64,000 nucleotides of DNA from an uncultured delta proteobacterium (GTDB taxonomy: Bacteria > Desulfobacterota > Binatia > Binatales > Binataceae), in the NCBI GenBank assembly GCA_963710455.1, contig CAVQAG010000013.1, positions 149,290 through 213,289 of the forward strand. The letters run 5' to 3'. Positions 48,206 to 57,089 of the stretch are shown here, piece by piece. Position 1 is the stretch's first letter. Every line of letters begins with the position of its first letter. The notes under the pieces are model-generated. The model was not told where the DNA came from. It saw only the letters and a list, made by a program, of their open reading frames with translations, and made no database searches. The position numbers were made by a program, and so were the translations under genes.

Positions 48206-48652
48206 CTAAAACGGAATGTCGTCGTCGTCGGGGCCGGCCGGCGGCATATCGGTGCTGAAATCCTCTGGCTCATCCATCCCACCGCTGCGCGCTCCGCCCC
48301 CGCCGACGCCCATACCGTCGCCGCGGCCGCCAAGGAATTGTACGCGCTGGGCGACGACCTCGGTGCGGTTGCGTTTGCCACTGCCGTCCTTGGCTTCCCA
48401 CTGGCGCGTAGTCAAACGTCCTTCGATATAAACCTGCCGACCTTTCTTGAGATACTGACTGCAGAGCTCGGCCTGCTTGCCGTAGACGACGACGTTATGC
48501 CACTCGGTCGATTCCTTGTTGGTGCCGTCGCGTCCCTTGAAGCGTTCGCTGGTCGCCACCGAAAAATTGGCGACCGGCTGCCCCGAGGGCAGGTAGCGCA
48601 CTTCGGGATCGCGTCCGAGATTACCGAGCAGGATGACTTTGTTTACTGACAT
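48206..48652 (-). CDS. ssb: single-stranded DNA-binding protein
   Basis: MSVNKVILLGNLGRDPEVRY OB-fold start, Gly-rich linker, and acidic tip DDDIPF. ATG 48652 is preferred over 48682. Confidence 0.95.
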   Translation of the reverse strand: MSVNKVILLGNLGRDPEVRYLPSGQPVANFSVATSERFKGRDGTNKESTEWHNVVVYGKQAELCSQYLKKGRQVYIEGRLTTRQWEAKDGSGKRNRTEVVAQRVQFLGGRGDGMGVGGGGARSGGMDEPEDFSTDMPPAGPDDDDIPF

Positions 48653-48891
48653 CGTGGTCTGATCGAAGCTCACGGGCGACAAGCGCCTTGAACTACGCGT
48701 GCCGCCGGCGGAATCGAACTTCCATGAAACCTAACGCCGGCGCGCAATCTGTGCAACCGCCCGCGCCGAGGTCAATCCACCGCCTGTTGATACAGTGAAA
48801 GCGAGGCGAGGCTGACACCACGCCCCCGTTCTTTTCAAAGCCGTCGCCCCCTTCAGAGGCCGTCGAGAAACATGAAAATCGCGCCGCGTTT

Positions 48892-48983
48892 GATCCTTCA
48901 CTCCGGCAGTCCGCTTTCAGGATGGCAACAAAAAAGCTCGTTTGCCGTTATCCTGAGCGTCAGTGAAGGATCTCCGCGAAGCA
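48892..48983. repeat. imperfect palindromic element of the GT(C/T)ATCCTGA repeat family
   Basis: GATCCTTCAC (48892-48901) is inverted as GTGAAGGATC (48963-48972). TCAGGATGGCAA (48918-48929) is imperfectly inverted as TTGCCGTTATCCTGA (48942-48956), the right arm carrying a 3-nt GTT insertion. The right arm resembles 45021-45050. Confidence 0.55.
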
Positions 48984-49166
48984 ATGGACCTTTTTCGGGC
49001 ATTTATCGACAACACTCCTTCAGGTAGGAAGGGGTCCGGGGTGAATGGGCGTTCGCTCTGAAAGCCCCCAATTGGCGCTCTCGGCCGCTCCCAGTGCTGC
49101 TTTCGCCGTTGCCGGAGGCTTTATATAATCGCTTGGCGGTGGTCGTGTGAGGTGGGGTTCAGGGTG

Positions 49167-50837
49167 ATGGCATCCCACGGTTTGACATCTTCGTCGGTCA
49201 GGATCGTGCCTTTGGGCGGGCTCGGCGAAATCGGGCTCAACCTGACGGCAATTGAATGCGCCGGGCGCGCGATCCTAATCGACGCCGGGGTGATGTTCCC
49301 CGAAGAGCGCACGCTCGGCCTGGGCGTGATGGCGCCCGATCTCGCCTACCTCGAGCAGAGCCATCTCGAAATTCTTGGTGTCGTTCTGACCCACGCTCAC
49401 GAGGACCACGTCGGCGCGCTGCCGCATCTGCTGCGCCGCTTCAACGTGCCGGTCTATGGGACAGCAGTGACGCTGGCCTTCGCGCGCCGCCGCCTTGACG
49501 AGGAAAGCCTGGTCGGCGCGCGCATGAACACGATCGAGCCGCGCCGGCGTTTCGAGCTCGGTCCGTTCGGCGTCGAGCCGATTCGCGTCACCCATTCCAC
49601 GCCCGACTCGGTCGCGCTCGCGATTTCGACGCCGGCCGGGATGATCGTGCATAGCGGCGACTTCAAAATCGACCCGACGCCGATCGACGGTGAACTCTTC
49701 GATCGCGAGCGCTTCGCCGAACTGGGCGCCGAAGGCGTGGCGCTGCTGATGTCGGATTCGACCAACGTCGAACGTACCGGGCGCTCGGGCGCGGAAAGCT
49801 CGATCAAGCCGGTGCTGCGCGAGATCGTGTCGCGCAGCCGCGGTAAGTTTTTTCTCTCAGTATTCTCCTCCCACCTCCATCGCATCCGCCAGTTGACCGA
49901 AGTCTCGCGCGAGATGGGGCGGCGAGTTGTGCCGCTGGGACGCCGGATGGCTGAGAGCGTGCGCCTGGGATTGGAGCTTGGTCAGCTACCATTCGCTCCG
50001 GGCACCTTTATCGATCCGTCGGAGGCAGAGTTTTTGGAGTCGCGCAAACTGACCTTCCTCGCCAGCGGCAGCCAGGGCGAGCCGCTATCGGCGCTGGTGC
50101 GAATTGCCGCCGACGCGCATCTCCGCGCGCGCGTGGACCCGGGCGACACCGTCGTACTTTCCTCGCGATTCATTCCCGGCAACGAGCGCACGATCAATAC
50201 GTTGGTCAATCAACTCTACAAACGCGGCGCCGAGGTGTTCTACGAATCGGTCGCGCCGGTGCACGTTTCCGGCCACGCCAACCAGGACGAACTGGCCGAA
50301 CTGATTGCGCTGGTCAAGCCAAAATATTTCGTGCCCGTCCATGGCGAGTATCGCCATCTGCGCCGCCACCTCGCGCTCGCCGCCGCATCGGGAATACCCG
50401 AGGGCAATTGCTTCTTGCTCGAGGACGGCGAGCCGCTGACCTTGAGCACCGGTCCGATGGCGCATCGCGCGCGCTCGGTCGACGCCGGACGCGTTCTGAT
50501 CGAAGATGGCGAGTTCGGCGACCCCGGCCTGCTGAGCGAGCGGCGCACGCTCGGCCGCGACGGTACGGTGTTCGCGGTGATCGCGGTGTCCGCGAAAAGC
50601 GGCGCGATCATCGCCGGCCCGGAATTGATCTCGCGCGGACTCTTGATCGGCAATGGTACTTCCGCCCATATCCGGCGCGCGCGTGCGCAACTGGCCGACA
50701 GATTAAATCGCGTTGAGGGACCGTTCAGCCCCGAAGGCTCGATTCTGCGGGACGAGATCGTGCACACCCTGCGCAGCTACTTCAGCCACGCGCTCGGCAA
50801 ACGGCCGCTGATTGTGCCGCACGTCATGGAGGTCTGA
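49167..50837 (+). CDS. rnj: ribonuclease J
   Basis: VRIVPLGGLGEIGLN, metallo-beta-lactamase HAHEDHVGALP, beta-CASP and C-terminal domain. ATG 49167 follows GAGGTGG; the ORF-track start is GTG 49152. Confidence 0.9.
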   Translation: MASHGLTSSSVRIVPLGGLGEIGLNLTAIECAGRAILIDAGVMFPEERTLGLGVMAPDLAYLEQSHLEILGVVLTHAHEDHVGALPHLLRRFNVPVYGTAVTLAFARRRLDEESLVGARMNTIEPRRRFELGPFGVEPIRVTHSTPDSVALAISTPAGMIVHSGDFKIDPTPIDGELFDRERFAELGAEGVALLMSDSTNVERTGRSGAESSIKPVLREIVSRSRGKFFLSVFSSHLHRIRQLTEVSREMGRRVVPLGRRMAESVRLGLELGQLPFAPGTFIDPSEAEFLESRKLTFLASGSQGEPLSALVRIAADAHLRARVDPGDTVVLSSRFIPGNERTINTLVNQLYKRGAEVFYESVAPVHVSGHANQDELAELIALVKPKYFVPVHGEYRHLRRHLALAAASGIPEGNCFLLEDGEPLTLSTGPMAHRARSVDAGRVLIEDGEFGDPGLLSERRTLGRDGTVFAVIAVSAKSGAIIAGPELISRGLLIGNGTSAHIRRARAQLADRLNRVEGPFSPEGSILRDEIVHTLRSYFSHALGKRPLIVPHVMEV

Positions 50838-50887
50838 GCGCCATCGCGCGTCAGCCCAAAGCGCCAATCGAGCTCGAAGCGGCGGCG

Positions 50888-53104
50888 GTGGCCCCTGAAA
50901 TTCCACCTGCGCCGGCGCAAAACCGCGTTGCGCGCGAACTCGCGGCGATCGTGTTGGTCGCGATTGCTCTCTTCAGCGTGCTGAGCCTGGTTTCCGCTGC
51001 GGCCGGTCAGAATCCCAACCTATGCGGCATCCTGGGCGAGGCGGCCGCCACTGCGGCGGGCGGCCTGTTCGGTTTCCAGGCTTACGTGTTGGCGCTGATG
51101 GTGCTGGTGCTCGCGACACGCGTGTGGAGTGGCGCTTCGCGAGGGACGGTGATGCGCGAGTGCCTGGGCGGAGCGGTTCTGTTGATCGCACTCAGCGTAG
51201 GCGCCGGGCTTTTCGCCGGCGGCGCGCAATCGGCGGCGGCGGGTGGGACGCTCGGCGCCGCCCTCGCGTCCGTACTGGACAGCTATCTCAACGTGGGCGG
51301 CGGTTATCTCTGCGTGATGCTCGCGGTGATCGCGTCGCTGGTGATGATGCTGCGGCGCGCGCCGACCGAATTGATGGCTGGTCTGGCTTCCAGTGTGCGC
51401 CGGCGCGGCCCCCGCAGCATGGCGCGCGACCTTCCAATTGATGACGACGGCGATTGGTCGGCCGGCGAGGCGGATATTCCGCTTGAAGCCGCGGCGTTCG
51501 AAGCTGCCAAGGGCACGGCGAGCGCCGAGGTCCGTACGCTCAAGGTCCGCCGACTCGAGCCGGGCGAGCTTCGCCCGCGCGACAACAAACCGCTGCGCGC
51601 GGGACGCGGGAAGGGCGGGTACGAGCTTCCGGCGCTCTCACTGCTCGATATGCCGCCGGCCGAGCATGCGCACGTCGACGAGACCGCACTCGAGCGGAGC
51701 GCGCGCGTACTTGAGCAGAAGCTCGCCGACTTCGGGGTCGAGGGTCGCGTCGTCGAGGTCCAGCCCGGCCCGGTGGTCACGATGTACAAGTTCGAGCCCG
51801 GCTCGGGAATCAAGGTCAGTCAGATCGTGAACCTGGCCGACGACCTTTCGATGGCGCTGCGGGCGGCGACCGTGCGAATCCAGGCCCCGGTGCCGGGCGA
51901 GGCGGTGGTTGGAATCGAGGTTCCCAATCGCAAACGTGAGAAGGTTTACCTGCGCGAGATCATGGAGGCCGAGGAGTTTGCGGCTGCCCGCAGTCAGCTC
52001 ACGATCGCGCTCGGCAAGGACATCTCGGGGCGTCCGATGGCGGCCGATCTCGCGATGATGCCGCACTTGCTGATTGCGGGCGCGACCGGGACCGGCAAGT
52101 CGGTGTCGATCCACACGATGATCGCGTCGATTCTCTTCAACGCAACCGCGGATGACGTGCGCTTCATCCTGATCGATCCCAAGATGCTCGAACTGTCAGT
52201 CTACGAGAACATCCCGCACCTTCTGGTTCCGGTGGTGGTCGATCCGGGAAAAGCGGCGGCGGCGCTCTTGTGGGCGACGCAGGAGATGGAAACCCGCTAC
52301 CGGATGATGCGCGATATGGGCGTGCGCAATATCGACGGCTACAACCGCGCGCTCGGCACCGCCGGCAAGGTGGTGGAGTTGAAGCCGGTCAATCTGATCG
52401 AGGAAGGCGCGGGCCGGGCGACTGCGGAGGACGGCGAGCCGATCAAACATCGGAGGCTGCCCAAAATCGTGATCATCATCGACGAGCTGGCCGACTTGCT
52501 GCTGAGCGAAGGCAAGACCGTCGAACGCGACATCACGCGCCTCGCGCAAAAGGCGCGCGCCTCCGGAATCCACCTGATTCTGGCCACCCAGCGCCCTTCG
52601 GTCGACGTGTTGACCGGGCTAATCAAGGCCAATCTGCCCGCGCGCATCTCGCTGCAGGTGACCTCGCGCGTCGACTCGCGCACCATCCTCGATTCGATCG
52701 GCGCCGAACGGCTGCTGGGCGCGGGCGACATGCTGTTCATGCCGCCGGGGAGCGCCAAATTGCGCCGGCTGCACGGCCCGTTCGTGTCAGAAACCGAGAT
52801 TCGCCGGGTCGTCGATTTTCTTCGCGCCCAGGGTGCTCCGGATTATCAGATGGAAATCCTGGAGACCAGGGTGCCGTCCGAGGATGGGCTCGACGGCGGC
52901 GGCTTCGAGGCGGACGACCTCTACGACGAGGCGGTGCGAATCGTTATCGAAACCAACCAGGCGTCGGTCTCGATGATCCAGCGGCGTCTGCGGATCGGCT
53001 ACAATCGGGCGGCGCGGATGGTCGAGCAGATGGAGCGCGAGGGGCTGGTGACGCCTGGCGATGGGATGCGCCCGCGCGAGGTCCGCGCCCGCAACGCCAA
53101 TTAG
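50888..53104 (+). CDS. ftsK: DNA translocase FtsK/SpoIIIE
   Basis: N-terminal TM helices, motor domain Walker A GATGTGKS, IIIDELADL, and C-terminal gamma winged helix (ASVSMIQRRLRIGYNRAARMVEQME). Confidence 0.95.
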   Translation: MAPEIPPAPAQNRVARELAAIVLVAIALFSVLSLVSAAAGQNPNLCGILGEAAATAAGGLFGFQAYVLALMVLVLATRVWSGASRGTVMRECLGGAVLLIALSVGAGLFAGGAQSAAAGGTLGAALASVLDSYLNVGGGYLCVMLAVIASLVMMLRRAPTELMAGLASSVRRRGPRSMARDLPIDDDGDWSAGEADIPLEAAAFEAAKGTASAEVRTLKVRRLEPGELRPRDNKPLRAGRGKGGYELPALSLLDMPPAEHAHVDETALERSARVLEQKLADFGVEGRVVEVQPGPVVTMYKFEPGSGIKVSQIVNLADDLSMALRAATVRIQAPVPGEAVVGIEVPNRKREKVYLREIMEAEEFAAARSQLTIALGKDISGRPMAADLAMMPHLLIAGATGTGKSVSIHTMIASILFNATADDVRFILIDPKMLELSVYENIPHLLVPVVVDPGKAAAALLWATQEMETRYRMMRDMGVRNIDGYNRALGTAGKVVELKPVNLIEEGAGRATAEDGEPIKHRRLPKIVIIIDELADLLLSEGKTVERDITRLAQKARASGIHLILATQRPSVDVLTGLIKANLPARISLQVTSRVDSRTILDSIGAERLLGAGDMLFMPPGSAKLRRLHGPFVSETEIRRVVDFLRAQGAPDYQMEILETRVPSEDGLDGGGFEADDLYDEAVRIVIETNQASVSMIQRRLRIGYNRAARMVEQMEREGLVTPGDGMRPREVRARNAN

Positions 53105-53270
53105 CGCCTAACGTCTTGTCAGGGGTGCCAACGAGAACTTGGCATCCCGAGATTTTGTGAATTTAATCGGAAAATGTTGGAAGGCGCGCCGGGCCGTGGT
53201 TCCCTCTTCTGTCATCCTGGGCGACGCGAGTCTGCGAGCGCGGTCGGCGAGCTGCCAGGCTTTGCGGTGT

Positions 53271-53966
53271 ATGGCGCTGGCGGGGGCGGTCGTTTCGACG
53301 GCAATAGTCATGTCCTTAGGCCGGGTAACGACGGCCGAGGCACGTTGCAAACCCCAAAAAGCCGGTGCCGATGCTTCTTCGCTCAGGCCCGCCGACCTCG
53401 ACACGATCGTTGCGCGCTTGCAGGAACGCTACGATTGCTCGCGCTCGATGCAGGCGAATTTCGACGAGACACTCAGCAGCCCCGGCGGCATGACCCGCAC
53501 TCGCAAGGGCACGGTCTATTTCAGAAAAATCGGACGGATGCGATGGGAGTTCGCGGCGCCCTCGGAGGGCACCGTCGTAAGCGACGGCAAAACCGTCTAT
53601 GATTATGAAAAAGACCTCAACCAGGTGGTCGAGTTGCCGGTAAACAAGGCGCTCAAGAGCAGTGCCACGGCGTTTTTGCTCGGCCTGGGCAATATTCGTC
53701 GCGATTTCAAGGTGACATTGCCGCCGGCCCCCTCCAGTGACGGACTGACGCATGTGATCCTGACTCCCAAGGGCGGCGGCGATACGATGGAACTCGGTCT
53801 CGACCCGAAGAGTTACGACATTGTTAATTTTAGGCTCACAAACCAGGTCGGCGGCGTCACCGAACTAAGGTTCAGCGATATTCGGACCAACGTAGCGCTT
53901 GATGACTCGTTGTTCACTTTCACCGTTCCTGAGGGCGCGGACGTCGTTCGTCCCCAAAATAAATAA
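53271..53966 (+). CDS. lolA: LolA-like outer-membrane lipoprotein carrier protein
   Basis: Signal peptide MALAGAVVSTAIVMSLG and LolA-like body (FDETLSSPGG...KGTVYFRKIGRMRWEF). Conserved ftsK-lolA adjacency. Start is uncertain (ORF opens at 53139). Confidence 0.7.
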   Translation: MALAGAVVSTAIVMSLGRVTTAEARCKPQKAGADASSLRPADLDTIVARLQERYDCSRSMQANFDETLSSPGGMTRTRKGTVYFRKIGRMRWEFAAPSEGTVVSDGKTVYDYEKDLNQVVELPVNKALKSSATAFLLGLGNIRRDFKVTLPPAPSSDGLTHVILTPKGGGDTMELGLDPKSYDIVNFRLTNQVGGVTELRFSDIRTNVALDDSLFTFTVPEGADVVRPQNK

Positions 53967-54045
53967 ATTCCTGCCATTCCGCGGTGACCCCGATTGCGCC
54001 CGTTGCCGCGGGAGAGTATGCATATAGGCCCTGTTTTTATCCAGT

Positions 54046-55392
54046 ATGGAAGCCGTCCACCTGATTAGCCTGGGATGCCCGAAAAACACAGCCGATAGCG
54101 AGCTGATGCTGGGCGCGCTGGTGCGTGCGGGATTCGAAGTCACGATGGACCCGCGGCAGGCTCAGGTGCTGCTGGTCAATACCTGCGCGTTCATCGAGCC
54201 GGCCAAGAAGGAGTCAATCGACGCGATTCTGGCCGCCGCCGAGGTCAAAAAGAACAGCAAGGGCAAGCGGTTGGTGGTGGCGGGATGCCTTTCGCAACGG
54301 TACGGGAGCGAGCTTCGCGAGCAATTTCCCGAGGTCGATATTTTCGTCGGCACCGGCGACTTTCTCGACCTGCCGGAACTCTTGCGGCGCAGCGAACGGC
54401 CGGAGCTGCGGCCGATTCCCTATGCGGGTGCGGCCCATCTGCTGCCCTCCGCCGAGGCGCCGAGAATAAGAACCGGCGATCCGTTCAGTGCATACCTGAA
54501 AGTTTCAGAAGGCTGCGACCATCGATGCGCTTTCTGCATCATTCCGAAGATTCGCGGGCGTCACGAGAGCCGTCCGCTAGATGATCTGGTGGAAGAGGCG
54601 CGCCGTCTCGCGGCGGGTGGAGTCCGCGAGATCAATTTGATCGCGCAGGACCTTACCGCCTACGGCCGCGACCTTACCCCGCGCGCATCACTGGCGGCTT
54701 TACTGCATCGGCTCGCGTCCATCGACGGCATCCAATGGATCCGGCTGCTTTATTGCTATCCGAATTTTGTGACCGACGAATTGCTCGCGGCGATCGCCGG
54801 CCTTGACAGAGTGGTTAAGTATATAGACATGCCGCTGCAGCATGCCGATGACGCGATACTGCGGGCGATGAAGCGCGAGCGTTCCGCCGACGCGCTGCGG
54901 AGCCTGCTCGGGCGGATCCGCGAGGCGATTCCCGAGGTCGCGCTTCGGACCTCGTTCATCGTCGGATTTCCGGGCGAGACCGATGCGGCGTTTGCGAAAC
55001 TGGTCGATTTTGTGCGCGAGCAGCAATTCGACCGGGTGGGAGTTTTCACTTATTCGCGCGAGGAAAATACCGCGGCCTATGAACTTGCGGATCAGGTGCC
55101 CGAAGCGGTCAAGCGGCGGCGGCGGGCCGAATTGATGGAGCTGGCGGCGGAAATTTCGTTGACGAAGAATCGCGGCCTGGTCGGCCGCGAAATCGAGGTC
55201 ATGGTCGAAGGAGCGGCGCCGGGGCGTGCGACGCGGTTACGCGCGCGGACCTCGGCTCAGGCGCCCGAAATCGACGGGATGGTCCTGCTCAGCGGCGAAG
55301 CCGAACCGGGCGAGATCGTCCGCGCGCGGATCGAGCGCGCTTCGACCTATGACCTTCACGCACGGATCACGGGCGCAGTGGCGCAACTATAA
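54046..55392 (+). CDS. rimO: ribosomal protein S12 methylthiotransferase RimO
   Basis: UPF0004 N-domain (ISLGCPKN), radical-SAM CDHRCAFCIIP, and C-terminal TRAM domain. Confidence 0.9.
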   Translation: MEAVHLISLGCPKNTADSELMLGALVRAGFEVTMDPRQAQVLLVNTCAFIEPAKKESIDAILAAAEVKKNSKGKRLVVAGCLSQRYGSELREQFPEVDIFVGTGDFLDLPELLRRSERPELRPIPYAGAAHLLPSAEAPRIRTGDPFSAYLKVSEGCDHRCAFCIIPKIRGRHESRPLDDLVEEARRLAAGGVREINLIAQDLTAYGRDLTPRASLAALLHRLASIDGIQWIRLLYCYPNFVTDELLAAIAGLDRVVKYIDMPLQHADDAILRAMKRERSADALRSLLGRIREAIPEVALRTSFIVGFPGETDAAFAKLVDFVREQQFDRVGVFTYSREENTAAYELADQVPEAVKRRRRAELMELAAEISLTKNRGLVGREIEVMVEGAAPGRATRLRARTSAQAPEIDGMVLLSGEAEPGEIVRARIERASTYDLHARITGAVAQL

Positions 55393-55405
55393 GGGGCGGC
55401 GAGCA

Positions 55406-55858
55406 ATGCCGAAGAAAACAGCAGCCACGAACAGAAAAAAATTCCTGTCCAAGATGCGCGAGCAACTGGTGGAGATGAAGACCAAGCTGCTCAGCGAAAT
55501 CGATTCCGAACTGCGCGCCGAGCGCGAGGCCAACAAGGACGAGGGCATGGATACTTATGACCTCGCCTCCGAAGAACGCGACCGGGAGATCAATTTCATC
55601 CTGTCCGACCGGGAACGAGTGAAAATCAAGCAGATCGACGACGCGCTCGACCGGCTGGACCAGGGTACTTACGGCGTTTGCGAGTCGTGCGGACTGGAGA
55701 TCGCCGAGGAGCGCCTGCTGGCGATGCCGTTTACACGGCTTTGCCGCGACTGTCAGCAGGAGCAGGAAAAAGAGGCCAAGTCACAGCGCCGCTTCGACGA
55801 CGAACGCAATACCTATCGCAAGCTTGGCTCGACCGACGCTGACGAAGAGAATCCGTAG
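55406..55858 (+). CDS. DksA/TraR-family C4 zinc-finger protein
   Basis: Coiled-coil N-terminal half and CESCGLEIAEERLLAMPFTRLCRDC zinc finger. ATG 55406; the upstream part of ORF 55226 overlaps rimO. Confidence 0.85.
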   Translation: MPKKTAATNRKKFLSKMREQLVEMKTKLLSEIDSELRAEREANKDEGMDTYDLASEERDREINFILSDRERVKIKQIDDALDRLDQGTYGVCESCGLEIAEERLLAMPFTRLCRDCQQEQEKEAKSQRRFDDERNTYRKLGSTDADEENP

Positions 55859-56101
55859 GCGGCCGCATTTCGCACCAGCGATGTTCATTAAGGAACGCTG
55901 GCCGATTTTTGTCGATCGATTGCGGCCCAGCCGTCGAAAAAGCGTCTTTACCGCAGCCCTGTCCACGGGCATTCTATTTGTAAGCGGTGTGAGATGTTAG
56001 GTGAAAGCGCAGGTGTGATCCCGAGTCATGCCGCGCCGAGGTCAGTTGTGCCGGGCAACCCACGGGGGACGCCCCGCCAGCATCGATTTGGGAAGGTGTA
56101 A

Positions 56102-57034
56102 TTGGCAACAAGAATCTTCTGCAAGGCGCGGGCCGAAGGGACGCCGGCCGGCGCCAGTGCAGAAAATGGTGCGGCGGCCTTACTGAAGCTGCCCGAGGTC
56201 CGCGCGGTGGTGGCGATTGCCAGCGCCAGGGGCGGAGTCGGGAAGAGCGCGATCGGCGTCAACGTTGCGGCGGCGCTCGCGATCGCGGGCCGAAAGGTCG
56301 CAATCGTCGACGCTGACCTGAATGCGCCCGGTCTGCTAGGGATGCTGGGATTGAAACCCCTGCGGCGTTTTACGTTGGGCGAGGAGATCGATCCCGCCTC
56401 GGGTCCGTTGGGCCTTCGGGTTGCGGCTTCGAGCCAATTGGCCGACGGCGAACCGGTCGCGTTCAGTTTTGCCGAATCCGATGACATCCGACCAGCGGCT
56501 CCGGCGCTCAATGGCGCGCGGCCGCTAGAGATCGACTACGGCGCCACGTTGCGTCGCCTGATGGGTGCGCGCTTTGGCCCGCTGGACCTGATGCTTATCG
56601 ATCTTGCCTCGGGTGTATCGCAGTTGCACGGCCTCGCCGAAGTGATTGAGCTTACCGGCGTAGTGATGGTGACGCGTCCGTCCGAGGCCTGCGTGCGTGC
56701 GACTCGTGACGCGCTGAAAATTGTCGCCCACGACGGTATCGCGGTGCTCGGACTGGTCGAAAACATGCTCGGCTTCAACTGCGACAGTTGTCACTCCGTG
56801 CGCCCGCTCTTTCCGCAGGGTGATTTTGGTGGCCTGGCGCAATCAGCCGAAGCGCCGATTCTCGGGCGGCTTCCGTTCGATCCGCGGCTCGCGGATTGTG
56901 CCGAGCGCGGTGCCCTGTTCGTACGCGAGTATCCCGACGCCCCCCTGGCCAAACAATTTGCGGCGATCGCGGCGAACCTCGACCAGCAAATCGCACGGCA
57001 TGCGCCCGCGCCGGTGACCGACGCTCCCGCCTGA
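56102..57034 (+). CDS. Mrp/NBP35/ApbC-family P-loop ATPase
   Basis: Deviant Walker A SARGGVGKS, VDADLNAPG, and CDSCH motif. TTG start, so the N-terminal boundary is uncertain. Confidence 0.8.
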   Translation: MATRIFCKARAEGTPAGASAENGAAALLKLPEVRAVVAIASARGGVGKSAIGVNVAAALAIAGRKVAIVDADLNAPGLLGMLGLKPLRRFTLGEEIDPASGPLGLRVAASSQLADGEPVAFSFAESDDIRPAAPALNGARPLEIDYGATLRRLMGARFGPLDLMLIDLASGVSQLHGLAEVIELTGVVMVTRPSEACVRATRDALKIVAHDGIAVLGLVENMLGFNCDSCHSVRPLFPQGDFGGLAQSAEAPILGRLPFDPRLADCAERGALFVREYPDAPLAKQFAAIAANLDQQIARHAPAPVTDAPA

Positions 57035-57045
57035 GCACGTCTCCC

Positions 57046-57075
57046 GTCATCCTGAACGAAGCGAGTCCGCGAGCG
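57046..57075. repeat. solo half-copy of the GTCATCCTGAACGAAG repeat
   Basis: GTCATCCTGAACGAAGCGAG matches 45021-45040 at 19 of 20 positions. It lies 12 nt after the mrp stop. No inverted partner was seen nearby. Confidence 0.5.
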
Positions 57076-57089
57076 GAATCTACCTAAAA

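Noticed and set aside
55985-56100. Riboswitch-like leader upstream of mrp (GGTGAAAGCGCAGG...GCCGGGCAACCC)
   Set aside because: It has a superficial resemblance to a cobalamin-type GGTGAAA segment. However, no B12 box or other consensus could be aligned by eye, and the downstream gene is not a typical riboswitch target.
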